Assembly: GCA_963663965.2 (NCBI GenBank)
Contig: CAXXFK010000001.1
Span: 160,001 to 224,000 of the forward strand
Direction: 5' to 3'
Source of the DNA: Sedimentisphaerales bacterium
GTDB taxonomy: Bacteria; Planctomycetota; Phycisphaerae; Sedimentisphaerales; SM23-30
DNA length: 64,000 bases
A program made the translations under genes and the position numbers. Shown in pieces: positions 1 to 10,794 of this stretch. A model generated the notes under the pieces. It ran no database searches. It had not been told where the DNA came from and was given only the letters and a program-made list of their open reading frames with translations. The number at the start of each line of letters is the position of its first letter. Position 1 is the stretch's first letter.

Positions 1-3000
1 AAAAAAGGCCCGGTCTATACCCTGATGCGCCTGTATGTCTGCGCGTTTACCTCATTCAGTGGCGCATGGGGATTCACCAACGGCGTGGAATGGCTGGCGA
101 CTGAAAAAATCAATGTCCATCGCAATAGCGGCCTGAATTGGGGCAATCCGGTCAACCTGGTCGGGCCGATCGCCCGTATTAACCGGATTCTCGCTGAAAA
201 TCCCGCGTTCTGGCATGGCGGCCGGCTGAAATGGATCACCTGTCCGGATGAGGAAGTCCTGCTGTTTAAACGCAACGATGAAACCAACCGCAATGAAATA
301 CTCTGCGCCATTAATTTAAATATCGATAAAAGTAAAAACCTGAAAGTCAAACTGGATGATATCGGATGGAAACCAACCGACGAACCCGTGTGGCTTTATG
401 ATTTATTACGCAACCATAATCAGCCGGGAGAAGATCCGGTCGCCATCCATCTGGAACCCGGCGGCTGTATGCTGATCCGCCGGGAAACGTCTGCCGAACC
501 GCAAAAACCGGCGACGACCCCACTGTTCAGTCACCCTGTTGACAAAACGGAATTACTCTACCGCATACTGCTTCAGCGTTTCGAACCGCACGAAATCGCT
601 CGCCTCGATCAGGCCGCCCTGCTGGATCAGATTAATAATTATCGCCGCTTTATTGCCCTGACCAATCTGCATAATATCGAAAAACTTCGCAACCTGGACC
701 TGGTCGAAGCGCTCAACGAACTGACCGCGGAACAGGTTGATCAATTCTCCAGCCAGTGGTCATTCCGGGAAGCCAATAAAACCTATGTGGTCTCCGGCGA
801 CAAATGGCTGGTCGTTCATACCTATATCCCCTGCACCGCCAGTCTCTACACCACCACGGATCCGGTCGCGGGTAAACCGGTTTTATCGGCCGATTCGATT
901 GCCAATCCCAACGGCCCGGGATACCTGGTCTTTTTCCCGCCCTGGAAAGACTATACCACCTTCTACCTGCGATTCAACTGGAAGATCCGCCAGGATCAGA
1001 TGATCATGCGCCAGTATCAGCCGGAAATTTATCCGATCCTGTCCGCCCCTTCCAGCAAGCAATTGTCTCTCAAACGTCCCATCTATCCAGTTCAGATCGA
1101 TCGTCGCCGGCTCAAACAGGACTATGCCTCAATTTTGCTGGCCAACGGAGCCGGCAATATCTGCCAGATCTCCGCCCGGCCCGGCATCCTGACCAGCAAG
1201 TACGACACACTATTTAATTACCTGTCCAATCCCGCCAATCCCGCCAGCCGCATGTCGCTGGTACGCACCGTCCGTGAAACGGTTCAACTTGGCCATAAAT
1301 TCTTCGATCTGGACGAGAGTTTCCTGATCCATTTCACCCGTTATAATCAGCCCGTCTGGTTATTCGAATATGACGATGGCAAATATTTCTTGCGGCTGGA
1401 ACGCTCGATCATCCTGGCCCGCAACGAAAACCGGGTCATCGTCCATTACAAAGTTCACGAAGCCAACACCCCCGTGCACCTCACCGCCAAATGCTGTGTG
1501 GAGTATCGCAGTATTCATGAACAATTCAAAAGACCTTATGACACATCAATACCCGGCATTGAAAAACATTGCCGGATGAACAGCCAGGAGTCCGGTTTTA
1601 TATTCCGGCCCGATGATGCTTGCGCCGTTTATGCAATCGCGGAAGATGGACGCTTTATTATGCAGCCGCACTGGATAGGAGATGTTGACCACCCCATCGA
1701 TCGTGAAAATGGTCTGGAAAACAAAGGCGATCTGTTCGCGCCCGGTGTCTTTCATTTTGAACTCCACTCGAATCAAAACGCGACCATTCGTATCACCGAC
1801 AAGGCCGAAACCGGCAGAATCAAAAACTATGCCCGGATTCTGCAGGAATCTGAACGTTACGTCAAGCAGCAATTACGCCGCTATCCGGATCTGACCATCC
1901 GCAAAGATCGACGCATTTATATGCTCACCAACGCGCTTGATCAGTTTGTCATTCGCTGCGGCGATCGCTGGCAGGTGGTGGCCGGCTATCCCTGGCTGGC
2001 CATGCGCAGTCGCGACACGCTGCATTGTGTGGGCGGCCTGCTGGCCGCCGGATACGACGAGGTCGTTCGTGATGTCATCACCCAGGTTGCCGCAACGGTC
2101 AAGTTCGGCCTGCCCTCCGAATGGATTGGTTTCGACAGCGGCCGAATGTGTTGCGAAGCGGCGCTACGCCTGATTCTGGCGGCCCAGGAATATGTAAACC
2201 GAACCGGCCGCGACAGTTTCTGGGATGTCGGAGTGAGTGGCGGCCAGACCCTTCGTCAGGTTTTACAGGGAATTCTGGATACCTATCTGGATCTGGATTC
2301 GCTGGCGCCCACGGTCGATCCTGACAGCGCCCTGCTGTTCTGCGACGCGGGCATGACCTGGATGAATACCAACCATCCCCAGGCAACGCCCCGGCGGGGA
2401 TATCCCATCGAAATTCAGGCGCTATGGTACCAGGCCCTGGCCGTAATGGCCCGGATCACTCCGGATAAATCCGAACAGTGCCGGCAACTGCGTGAAACCA
2501 TCGTAAGAAGATTCCTGAGTCTCTATTGGAGTGATGCGCGTGGATACCTGGCGGACAATCTGCTGAATATGAAAAAGACCATCGCCACCGAAGCGGTGCC
2601 TGACAGTTCGCTGCGACCGAACCAGCTTTACGCCATAAAGGCGGGTTTAATCCCAACGGAACAGGCCGCCACCGCGCTGGAAGTGATCGGACGACGACTG
2701 GTGATACCCGCCGCGGTACGAACTCTCTCCGAAGACCATCTGCCTGTACCGCTTTATATCCATGATGATGAAGGCAAATTACTGGCCGATCCCAACCTGC
2801 CTTATCAGGGGCGATGCAGCGGCTATGAACACCAGCGCCGGGTCGCCTACCACAACGGCACCGCCTGGCCCCACCTCTATCCCCTCTATATCGAAGCCCG
2901 CCGTCAACAGCAGCCCGGCAAAGAAGGCCGCCGCCAGGCACTCACCCTGCTCGAACCCGTCTGGACCGACCTCACCACCGGCGGTCTGGGCACCCTGGCC

Positions 3001-3108
3001 GAAATGAAAGACGGCAACACCCCACACACACCCCGCGGCTGCTACGCCTACGCCCTCAGTGTCGCCGAAACCCTCCGCGTCTACCTGGAACTGAAATATC
3101 CTGGATAA
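1..3108 (+). CDS. Glycogen debranching enzyme / amylo-alpha-1,6-glucosidase fusion (5' end outside window)
   Basis: Frame is open from base 1. C-terminal half has GDE_C-type motifs: VVAGYPW, TWMNT..ATPRRGYPIEIQALWY, SLRPNQL, AYHNGTAWP, PRGCYAYALSVAE. The N-terminal remnant resembles the end of an alpha-amylase domain. Confidence 0.85.
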   Translation, partial: KKGPVYTLMRLYVCAFTSFSGAWGFTNGVEWLATEKINVHRNSGLNWGNPVNLVGPIARINRILAENPAFWHGGRLKWITCPDEEVLLFKRNDETNRNEILCAINLNIDKSKNLKVKLDDIGWKPTDEPVWLYDLLRNHNQPGEDPVAIHLEPGGCMLIRRETSAEPQKPATTPLFSHPVDKTELLYRILLQRFEPHEIARLDQAALLDQINNYRRFIALTNLHNIEKLRNLDLVEALNELTAEQVDQFSSQWSFREANKTYVVSGDKWLVVHTYIPCTASLYTTTDPVAGKPVLSADSIANPNGPGYLVFFPPWKDYTTFYLRFNWKIRQDQMIMRQYQPEIYPILSAPSSKQLSLKRPIYPVQIDRRRLKQDYASILLANGAGNICQISARPGILTSKYDTLFNYLSNPANPASRMSLVRTVRETVQLGHKFFDLDESFLIHFTRYNQPVWLFEYDDGKYFLRLERSIILARNENRVIVHYKVHEANTPVHLTAKCCVEYRSIHEQFKRPYDTSIPGIEKHCRMNSQESGFIFRPDDACAVYAIAEDGRFIMQPHWIGDVDHPIDRENGLENKGDLFAPGVFHFELHSNQNATIRITDKAETGRIKNYARILQESERYVKQQLRRYPDLTIRKDRRIYMLTNALDQFVIRCGDRWQVVAGYPWLAMRSRDTLHCVGGLLAAGYDEVVRDVITQVAATVKFGLPSEWIGFDSGRMCCEAALRLILAAQEYVNRTGRDSFWDVGVSGGQTLRQVLQGILDTYLDLDSLAPTVDPDSALLFCDAGMTWMNTNHPQATPRRGYPIEIQALWYQALAVMARITPDKSEQCRQLRETIVRRFLSLYWSDARGYLADNLLNMKKTIATEAVPDSSLRPNQLYAIKAGLIPTEQAATALEVIGRRLVIPAAVRTLSEDHLPVPLYIHDDEGKLLADPNLPYQGRCSGYEHQRRVAYHNGTAWPHLYPLYIEARRQQQPGKEGRRQALTLLEPVWTDLTTGGLGTLAEMKDGNTPHTPRGCYAYALSVAETLRVYLELKYPG

Positions 3109-3186
3109 CCCACCCGCTGGGCCAACCAGCACTTATGGCATTTTTTATTTATCTTTCCCCTAAAACCGCTATAATACCGGGCTGTT

Positions 3187-4854
3187 ATGATATTTACGCT
3201 GCACAGGTATATCTTTAAAGATTTGATCAAAACGTTTTTACTGGCGACCCTGGTATTATCGCTGGTTTTAAGTCTGGGCGCCATGCTGCGCCCGTTGCGC
3301 GACTTCAGCATCGATCCCCTGCGGGTACCCGAATTGCTGCTTTACACCCTGCCCGTTACGCTCACCATGGTCATTCCAGTGGGTGCTCTGCTGGCCACGA
3401 CGCTCGCCTACGGTAAACTGGCCTTTTTTAATGAAATCACGGCCTGCCGGGCCAGCGGCATCAGCATGCGGGCCCTGCTCTATCCCGCCCTCACTCTGGC
3501 GCTGCTGGTGGGTGTCATTACCCTGCTGCTGGGATTTCATGTCCTGCCGGATTTTATCCAGCGCTCTGAATCCCTTATCGAAGATGATGCCGAAGCGATT
3601 ATCTATCGCAATATCGAAAAACGCGGCAATCTGGGCAACTTATACAAAGGACTCATGGTCCACGCCGACCGGACCGATCCTGCCCGCCATCTGCTCAGCG
3701 GCGTGGTATTCATCCGCAAGGACCGGGATGAAATCAAGGAAATTGCCACCGCCGAACACGTCTTTCTGAATATCGAAAGTGGGGGCGATGGCCAGGAACC
3801 CCGTATCGCGTTACGCCTGATTAACGCACGTGGGATACGTGAAGGGCAGGGAATCAATCTGGATGATTATACTACTTATATCCAGATGCCCAGAATGTAT
3901 CAGGATGAAATCAAATTCAAGGAACTGGGCGCCCTCAAAGAAATCCGTCAGGACATGACCCGGTTTAAACCGATCCGTATCCTGGTAAAACGCTATCGCC
4001 AGCAAGTGCTGACCGAAATGTTCTACGACTGGATCGACCGCCAATTAACATCAGCCGGGACCTTGAAACTCTTGGCAGGAGATCCGGAAAATCCCGATCA
4101 GATTGTCATCAAATCTGGCGGATGCCAGATCCGGCAAACCAACAAAAAGTCGTTCGATTATAACAAGGAAGACCCGCCCGGCCGGCCGGCCTTGGGCGAT
4201 CTGGTCGTCAGCGATGACCAGAGTATCCGCATGGCATGGTATCCGGCCGGGGAAAGCAAGCCTTCCCGTTATTATAAGGCGAGCGGCGCCAACTTGCGAA
4301 TCGAATGGGGTACCAAACCACCCACGGCCATTTTGAGAATGGATAAAGTCGAAAAAACCGTCAAAAGTGATACCCGGCCGGTGCGGGAAGAATTTGATTT
4401 TGTCTATCGGATTCAAATACCCGGCGAATTACTGCAAAAGGCCGAACTGATCAGTTTAAATGATATTGTCACCAGTCCGACCGAAGAAACACCCCAGGCT
4501 CACATGTCCGGTTTTTTATCCGGTATGGGCCAATTCATCTTGAAAGAATGTCGAAAACTGGGCGCCGAAATAACCGCTGAACTGCATTCACGGCTGGCGT
4601 TCGGAGTTTGTTGCGTTGTTCTGACACTTATGGGCGCCGGCTTGGGGATGGTGTTCCGTAGCAGTCACCTGCTGACCGCGTTTGGAATCAGCTTTATTCC
4701 TACCGCGTTGTGTTTGATTACCATCTTTACCGGCAAACATCTGGCTGAACAGAATATCGATAAAATGGGATTTGGACTGGCATTTTTGTGGGCCGGTATT
4801 GTCATTGTCACCGCAATTGACAGCCTGTTGTATCGAAAATTAACCCGGATATAG
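3187..4854 (+). CDS. lptF: LptF/LptG-family LPS export permease with long periplasmic insert
   Basis: N-terminus TLHRYIFKDLIKTFLL, motif NEITACRASGIS, C-terminal AELHSRLAF plus TM helices; tandem with a second LptF/G paralog. Confidence 0.75.
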   Translation: MIFTLHRYIFKDLIKTFLLATLVLSLVLSLGAMLRPLRDFSIDPLRVPELLLYTLPVTLTMVIPVGALLATTLAYGKLAFFNEITACRASGISMRALLYPALTLALLVGVITLLLGFHVLPDFIQRSESLIEDDAEAIIYRNIEKRGNLGNLYKGLMVHADRTDPARHLLSGVVFIRKDRDEIKEIATAEHVFLNIESGGDGQEPRIALRLINARGIREGQGINLDDYTTYIQMPRMYQDEIKFKELGALKEIRQDMTRFKPIRILVKRYRQQVLTEMFYDWIDRQLTSAGTLKLLAGDPENPDQIVIKSGGCQIRQTNKKSFDYNKEDPPGRPALGDLVVSDDQSIRMAWYPAGESKPSRYYKASGANLRIEWGTKPPTAILRMDKVEKTVKSDTRPVREEFDFVYRIQIPGELLQKAELISLNDIVTSPTEETPQAHMSGFLSGMGQFILKECRKLGAEITAELHSRLAFGVCCVVLTLMGAGLGMVFRSSHLLTAFGISFIPTALCLITIFTGKHLAEQNIDKMGFGLAFLWAGIVIVTAIDSLLYRKLTRI

Positions 4855-4890
4855 CCTTGAATTAAAAATTAAGCAATTTACTTTTCAACA

Positions 4891-6018
4891 TTGAAGACAA
4901 ACGAATATAAAAAATTAAACTGGGCCACGCAAATTCTGGACCGCTATGTCGCCGGCGAATTCCTGTTTGGCTATCTGGTGGCCCTGGGTGTGGTGCTGGG
5001 CTTGCGGGTTATGGTAGACCTCTTTGTACAGTTTGACGAATTTGTCGAAGCCAAAGACAATATCCGGCCGGGACTGATCCAGGTCGTCGGATACATTGCC
5101 GGTTACTACGGACCCAAAATATTCGAATACTTCCGCGATTTCTCCGGCATGATCATTATGCTGGCCGCTTCCTTTTCGCTGGCCCGCATGACCCGCCAGA
5201 ACGAACTCACTGCCATTCTGGCCAGCGGCATCAGCCTGAAACGCATTGTAGCGCCCATCGTATTGATGGGATTTGTATTAAACCTGTTAATGGTAGCCGA
5301 TCAGGAACTGATTCTGCCCGGTTTGGCCGATAAACTGACCCGGTCCCATGATGAAGTGGCCGAACGAAACGTTATCAAAGATATCTTCGTTCGTGACGGC
5401 CGGGACAACCTGCTGTTCGCCGGCAGGTTCGATCCGGACCGGCTGGCGCTCCGCAACGTCTTGATTGTCCTGCGACGCCAGGGCAATATGATCGGCCGCA
5501 TCACCGCCGACGAAGCCACCTGGAACGCCGCGAATAAATCCTGGCAATTAAGCGCCGGACTATTTTACAACGATGATTTTCAACAGGGAGGTACCGGCCT
5601 GGCCGCGCCCATCGAGTCCTATCCCTCCGAACTGACCCCGGATTATATCTGGCTGCAACGCCATTCCAACTTTAAAAGCCTCATGAGCAGCCATGACTTG
5701 AAACAACTGGTACGCAAACGCCAGCTCAAACAGATCGAACAGCTCGAAGCCATCGGCGAAACCCATTTCCGTCTGGCCGATCCTATTATTAACATGGTCA
5801 TGCTGCTCTTAAGCCTGCCCATGCTGGTGTCCCGCGAACGCCGCAGCACACCCACCGCCCTGGGCCTGGCCATTGCCGGCGCCGGCGGCTGTTTTGTCGT
5901 CACTTTCATTTGCAAATTGCTCGCCGGAATGGCCATCCCCCCCTTCCTGGCCGCCATGATCCCCATCGTCGTATTTACCCCACTGGCCATTTTAACCCTG
6001 GATTCGATCAAAACCTGA
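4891..6018 (+). CDS. lptG: LptF/LptG-family LPS export permease
   Basis: ILDRYV, NELTAILASGISLKRI, ADEATW beta-jellyroll-type segment, C-terminal TM helices. Confidence 0.75.
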   Translation: MKTNEYKKLNWATQILDRYVAGEFLFGYLVALGVVLGLRVMVDLFVQFDEFVEAKDNIRPGLIQVVGYIAGYYGPKIFEYFRDFSGMIIMLAASFSLARMTRQNELTAILASGISLKRIVAPIVLMGFVLNLLMVADQELILPGLADKLTRSHDEVAERNVIKDIFVRDGRDNLLFAGRFDPDRLALRNVLIVLRRQGNMIGRITADEATWNAANKSWQLSAGLFYNDDFQQGGTGLAAPIESYPSELTPDYIWLQRHSNFKSLMSSHDLKQLVRKRQLKQIEQLEAIGETHFRLADPIINMVMLLLSLPMLVSRERRSTPTALGLAIAGAGGCFVVTFICKLLAGMAIPPFLAAMIPIVVFTPLAILTLDSIKT

Positions 6019-6068
6019 TCCTGCCAGAATGAATATGCTGGCGATTCAAACCATTGAAAGGATAAAAG

Positions 6069-6263
6069 ATGGAATGCAAAAAAGAACGTAACCTGGACTT
6101 CTGCACCTGTTCCTACCCCGGCTGTTCCAACAAAGGCGTCTGCTGCGACTGCCTGCAATACCATCTCAAAAGCAAACAACTGCCCGGCTGCTGTTTTCCG
6201 CCGGAGGTCGAAAAAACCTACGACCGCAGCTTCAAAGCCTTCGCCAAAGCCTGGAAACTGTAA
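6069..6263 (+). CDS. Small Cys-rich protein (DUF6485-like)
   Basis: RBS AAGGA; CTCSYPGCSNKGVCCDCLQYH...LPGCCFP...TYDRS pattern. Confidence 0.7.
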   Translation: MECKKERNLDFCTCSYPGCSNKGVCCDCLQYHLKSKQLPGCCFPPEVEKTYDRSFKAFAKAWKL

Positions 6264-6484
6264 TGACCACTACCGAACCCGAACTGCAACGATTACTCGA
6301 AGATGCCCGGGCGTACGGGATCGATGTCCCCATGCTGCTGGATAACATCGCCCGTACTCCCACCGAAAGAGTACTGCGGCATCAGGCGGCTTTAAATGCG
6401 GTTATGGCGCTTAGAAATGCGGCACGAACTGATTTGAAGGACAAGACAAATGGCCAGTCTGCTGGACCTGCTGAAAATACTTAG
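6263..6484 (+). CDS. Small hypothetical protein, partner of the downstream nucleotidyltransferase
   Basis: TAATG coupling with the upstream stop; GIDVPMLLDNIARTPTERV motif; overlaps the start of the NTase gene. Confidence 0.6.
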   Translation: MTTTEPELQRLLEDARAYGIDVPMLLDNIARTPTERVLRHQAALNAVMALRNAARTDLKDKTNGQSAGPAENT

Positions 6485-6932
6485 CGATCATAATGTCCCG
6501 TTCATCGTCGTAGGAGGTTTCGCCTGCACGGTTCACGGAGTCACTTTAGTAACCCAGGACATGGACATCTGCTGTCCCATGACGACAGAAAACCTGTTAA
6601 AAATCCAGATGGCTTTCAAGGATTTGCATCCGGTTCATCGCATGACGCCGCAACGCATACCTTTACAACTTACCCCAAAAAATGCGGATCAGTTCAACAA
6701 TCTGTATCTGGACACCGATATCGGTGTAATCGATATCCTTGGCAATATTAGTGGTGTCGGATCGTTTGAAATCGCAAACCAACACAGCCTGTCGCTCGAT
6801 TTGGATGGATATACATTTCAAATCTTATCGATTGACGCTTTAATAGATTCAAAAAAAGCGCTCAACCGGCCCAGGGACATTCTGGCCATCAAGGAATTGG
6901 AAATCATCAAACATAAAACTCAAAAAAAATAA
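6450..6932 (+). CDS. Pol-beta superfamily nucleotidyltransferase
   Basis: IVVGGFA...HG...TQDMDI (GG + DxD) and C-terminal LIDSKKALNRPRD motif. Confidence 0.8.
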   Translation: MASLLDLLKILSDHNVPFIVVGGFACTVHGVTLVTQDMDICCPMTTENLLKIQMAFKDLHPVHRMTPQRIPLQLTPKNADQFNNLYLDTDIGVIDILGNISGVGSFEIANQHSLSLDLDGYTFQILSIDALIDSKKALNRPRDILAIKELEIIKHKTQKK

Positions 6933-6974
6933 CGCAATTCAAGTTAATAGTAGATTACCAGATATGGAGGAATA

Positions 6975-7343
6975 ATGACAGTATCACATAAGCTTTATAT
7001 GATATTTGTTTATATTTTAATAGCCTTTTATATTTTCAGTGGGGGCATGATGTATATTATTATGTCACCCAAGCCGGAAAGTCAATTACCCTTAAAATTA
7101 ATACTTTGGATCATTACGTCCTTATGCATGTCTCTAATAATCACCTCAACTATTATTATAATCAAAAAAGAACTTGCGTTTATACCCACTGTTCTACAAA
7201 ACATCTTTTTAGTATTATCTATGTATGGTATACCAATTGCCTTATTCGGATTTTTCTTATTGTATAGAAAACATCAGAAAGAATCTCAGGATAAGCAGAG
7301 AACACTCCCCCCGGAAAATACGATCTTCGAGCAAAGCCAATAA
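6975..7343 (+). CDS. AT-rich small membrane protein
   Basis: Strong RBS GGAGGA; three to four hydrophobic segments. Confidence 0.6.
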   Translation: MTVSHKLYMIFVYILIAFYIFSGGMMYIIMSPKPESQLPLKLILWIITSLCMSLIITSTIIIIKKELAFIPTVLQNIFLVLSMYGIPIALFGFFLLYRKHQKESQDKQRTLPPENTIFEQSQ

Positions 7344-7372
7344 AAAAGCCGTACCCAGAATCGGATACGGCT
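7341..7372 (-). terminator. Intrinsic terminator of the ABC operon (possibly bidirectional)
   Basis: Stem AGCCGTA/TACGGCT followed by a T-run on the minus strand, between convergent genes. Confidence 0.7.
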
Positions 7373-7397
7373 ATACGCTCTGCTTTAATGATCCGGA

Positions 7398-8654
7398 TTA
7401 ATTTTCCGGCTTAGCCTCTTCCGGACCCGCCGGGCCAGCCGGTTGCGGTTCTACGGGTGTCGGCGGAACCAGCGCGGGGGTTTCCACTTTAACCTCGCCG
7501 GCAGGCGCCCCGGCCTCACTGCCTTCAGCTTTCTCCGGCGCCGGAATATCCTCAACCAGATCCGCAAACTTCTTGGTCAGGTTGTCCTTCTGCCACGAAA
7601 CCACTTCATAAACCCAGTCGCGGTGCTTCTTGGCAAAATCATCCGACGCCTGCATAGTGTTCAGCCGGGCCTCTTTTTCCTTCAGTTCTTCTTCACTGTC
7701 CTGTTTATTGGGATTAATCGTCACCTTTTCACCGGTGTATTTCGAAGAACATTTCACATACAGCTTATCATCCTTCACACCCAGCTCAAAAGTAGCGATC
7801 GTCTTATCCTTAAGCGTGCAGATATATTTGGAATCGAACTTCAGGTCCGCCGGCGCCTCGGAAGCAGGCATCAAATCATTCATTTCCAGCGAATTAACCG
7901 CCGTGAAAACACGTTCGTAATCGGTTCCCTTGGCCCGCTTACCTTCCGGAATAGACTGCAAAACGGTCTTGTCGCCGTCAGCCACAATCGTATAGTTGCC
8001 GTCCGGCCGTTCCACTTCAACCTTTTCGATATCTTTCTTCTCAACCAGGAACAGCTTCTTTTCCACATAGCTCAGCGCCGACATCTGCAACCACGGTGTG
8101 GTCTCAGCCAGATAAACCTTCTTGGAATCGGCCTCATCTTTGCTTAATCGGCGGACATAACTGCCGCCCTGGCTGGTGCGTTCGCCGACAATCACCCCGG
8201 TGATCAGGTTGCCGTCTTTATCGAAAAATTTGACAACATTCCGCGGCAGCTTCTTATCGCTGTTTTCGTCCGGCTTATTCGCCGGATCGATCTCCGCGAC
8301 ACCCAGCTTCTCATGATTGGCCGGGTTACTGGTAACTAACTGGTTCACCTTAAGATCAAGGCAATCGGCCAGCAGGTTGTTGATTTTTTCGATCTTGCAG
8401 GGATAGTTATATTTACTGGCCAGCACAAAGGTATTCTTGCCCTGACTGACCAGCTTGATCGGTTCGTTCGTATCGCTGCTGGGATCGCCCAGCTCGATCG
8501 AAGCGATCTGAGTCGTGTCCAGACCCTGGATCAGGGGGGTCTCTTCCATCCGTCCGCTGTCAACCGGTTTATTGACATAAAAATTGACGCCAAAGGCAAC
8601 CACTGCCATGATCAGTGCGATCACTGCCAGTTTCGTTAAAGTTTGATCACTCAT
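7398..8654 (-). CDS. DUF4340-like membrane-anchored protein
   Basis: N-terminal TM anchor, YNYP...KINNLL, LGV, VGE...GSYVRR motifs; typical last gene of GldA/F/G-like ABC operons. Confidence 0.7.
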   Translation of the reverse strand: MSDQTLTKLAVIALIMAVVAFGVNFYVNKPVDSGRMEETPLIQGLDTTQIASIELGDPSSDTNEPIKLVSQGKNTFVLASKYNYPCKIEKINNLLADCLDLKVNQLVTSNPANHEKLGVAEIDPANKPDENSDKKLPRNVVKFFDKDGNLITGVIVGERTSQGGSYVRRLSKDEADSKKVYLAETTPWLQMSALSYVEKKLFLVEKKDIEKVEVERPDGNYTIVADGDKTVLQSIPEGKRAKGTDYERVFTAVNSLEMNDLMPASEAPADLKFDSKYICTLKDKTIATFELGVKDDKLYVKCSSKYTGEKVTINPNKQDSEEELKEKEARLNTMQASDDFAKKHRDWVYEVVSWQKDNLTKKFADLVEDIPAPEKAEGSEAGAPAGEVKVETPALVPPTPVEPQPAGPAGPEEAKPEN

Positions 8655-8745
8655 AATCGTTAATCCTCACAGATATCTGTCGAATTATTTATTACTATCA
8701 GACAAAATTCAAACAGCCAGGCGGCAGGCTTTTAGCCGCCCTTCA

Positions 8746-10794
8746 TCAATCACGGCGCGAGCCCAGGTATCGCCGGCGCTGTATCGCGCGATGGATTCCC
8801 AGCGAAATTGCGATCAGCAGAATGACTGAAGGCGCCGCCAGCATATTGACTTTCTGAACCGTCGCGCCCAGTTGCTCGATCCCTTCGCGCCGCTGGTTCT
8901 GCACCTCAATCAATTCCCGCTGCTTTTCGTTAATCTTGATCTGCAGTTTGCGTTGCTGATCGGCCAGTTCCGAAGCGTCGATAATCATTTGACCTTCCTG
9001 CTTCTTCTTGCTGATCAGATCGCGCAATTCGGTCTGGAAACCTTCGATTTCCTTTTTAATGTCTTCTTCTTTTTCCAGCGTTTTCTTGTCAGCTTCTTTC
9101 TTAATGTCTTCCACCACTGTAAACGGCCGCTGGAAATTGCCTCGGCTGCGTATCGCAATCAGGTCACCCGAGCCCACCAGGTTTTCAATCGAATTGGTCA
9201 TGAGGGCATTGTTGTCACCCACAATCATCGTCCCGAAAAGACTCCGCTGGAACGCGATCATATCACTGATAAAATCGACATCCGCGAAAACAACCACGGC
9301 GCATTCGTTAGCAGCCTCGGTCAAACCGGTCACGGTCTTCAGCTTCGGTGCTGCGTCTGTACTCTTCTCAGTGTCCGCATCCGATTTGTCTTCATCCGCG
9401 GCAGCCTCTTCCACCTGAATGCCATCAGGAAAAGCCGTTTTAAACTTTCCGGTAATCATACAACCCAGCATAACCGGGGCCTTGCCTTCCCGGAAATTCT
9501 TCAACAAACGACTGCCATCCAGCATCATCAACTCATAAGGAGATGATACCGACCAGCTGTTGCCTTTATCGGTGGTGCTGATCAACGGAATAATCGTATT
9601 GTCAGTGGCCGGTGGCTGATCCGGTTTGGCCGCTTCATCTTTCTTATCGCCTTCCTCGTCAGCTGGCGCCTTGGCATCCAGTTTTTCGATAACACCTGGG
9701 AACAGCATCCGCACCTGGTTCAAATTGGATGCGATCACATTGTCCTGATTGAAACAATGAGCCTGCTGGGTCATCTCCAGAAAACCAATCAACATTTCCG
9801 GAGCCGCGTTTTGACGCAATGGAACCGACTGGGCCAGTTCCATGTCACCGGCTAACTGTTTTTCATCGACGTTGACACCCCAGGCGTTCAGCAATTTGTT
9901 AAGATTGGAACTCTGACTGGGCATCTGACCCTGCATCCGCGCCGCCTGATCGGGTTGATCGGCCATGCAATGCGGATCCACACAGACAATCGTGCGTCCT
10001 CCTTTGAGGACATATTGGTCGATGGCGAACAGGGTCTTGTCCGGCAGTTCCTTGGGATGGACCACCATCAGAATATCAATATCCGGTCCGATCTCATCCA
10101 GCTCGGTCTCCAGTTTCTCGACGTCATAACGTTCTCGCAGTAATTGTACAAAGGTCCACGCCGGCTGGGGTTGACGGCCCTGCATCCGCATCATCTGCGC
10201 CATGTAACCATCCATCTCTTCACCGGTTACCGGCAGCGAACTGATAATCCCGATCTTGTTCTTTTCCTTGGCAATCATCGTATCCAGCAGATAGCTGATA
10301 TCGTACTCGATAAAATTCTGCCGGTCCGGAGCAAAAAACTCGATCGTCTTGTTGGCGCCGTATTCAGTCGTGGCTACCAGGCCAAAAAAGAAACCTTCCG
10401 TTTCGGTAATATTGAATCGTTTCAGGTTGTACTTCAGCGCTTCCTGCTCATCATCGGAGAAAGGACGCGGATCGATCACCTGCAATTTGATTTTGCCCTT
10501 GCCCGCGCGCTGATATTCTTCCAGCAGGGCCAGGACATAATGGTAATAATCGTTATAACTTTTAATCTGGTCCGGACCTTTCATGGCCGCCGTTTCAGCG
10601 TAATAGAGCTTAAAAGTAACCGGCTGATTCAGCTTGCCGATAATGCTTTTGGTACCGTCGCTCAGACTGTACAGTTTGTATTGGGTCACATCGATTTTGG
10701 CCGCGCCAAACAGGTTGTGGGCAATACTGATCGCGCTGATCATAATCACAAACACGAAGAAAACAGCCAGAATGAGTTTTAGATTGCGGTTCAT
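8746..10794 (-). CDS. GldG-like ABC transporter auxiliary component
   Basis: IDVTQYKLYSLSDGT, IDQYVLKGGR...VDP, VFADVDF, LIAIRSRG; start MNRNLK is coupled to the upstream stop. Confidence 0.85.
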   Translation of the reverse strand: MNRNLKLILAVFFVFVIMISAISIAHNLFGAAKIDVTQYKLYSLSDGTKSIIGKLNQPVTFKLYYAETAAMKGPDQIKSYNDYYHYVLALLEEYQRAGKGKIKLQVIDPRPFSDDEQEALKYNLKRFNITETEGFFFGLVATTEYGANKTIEFFAPDRQNFIEYDISYLLDTMIAKEKNKIGIISSLPVTGEEMDGYMAQMMRMQGRQPQPAWTFVQLLRERYDVEKLETELDEIGPDIDILMVVHPKELPDKTLFAIDQYVLKGGRTIVCVDPHCMADQPDQAARMQGQMPSQSSNLNKLLNAWGVNVDEKQLAGDMELAQSVPLRQNAAPEMLIGFLEMTQQAHCFNQDNVIASNLNQVRMLFPGVIEKLDAKAPADEEGDKKDEAAKPDQPPATDNTIIPLISTTDKGNSWSVSSPYELMMLDGSRLLKNFREGKAPVMLGCMITGKFKTAFPDGIQVEEAAADEDKSDADTEKSTDAAPKLKTVTGLTEAANECAVVVFADVDFISDMIAFQRSLFGTMIVGDNNALMTNSIENLVGSGDLIAIRSRGNFQRPFTVVEDIKKEADKKTLEKEEDIKKEIEGFQTELRDLISKKKQEGQMIIDASELADQQRKLQIKINEKQRELIEVQNQRREGIEQLGATVQKVNMLAAPSVILLIAISLGIHRAIQRRRYLGSRRD

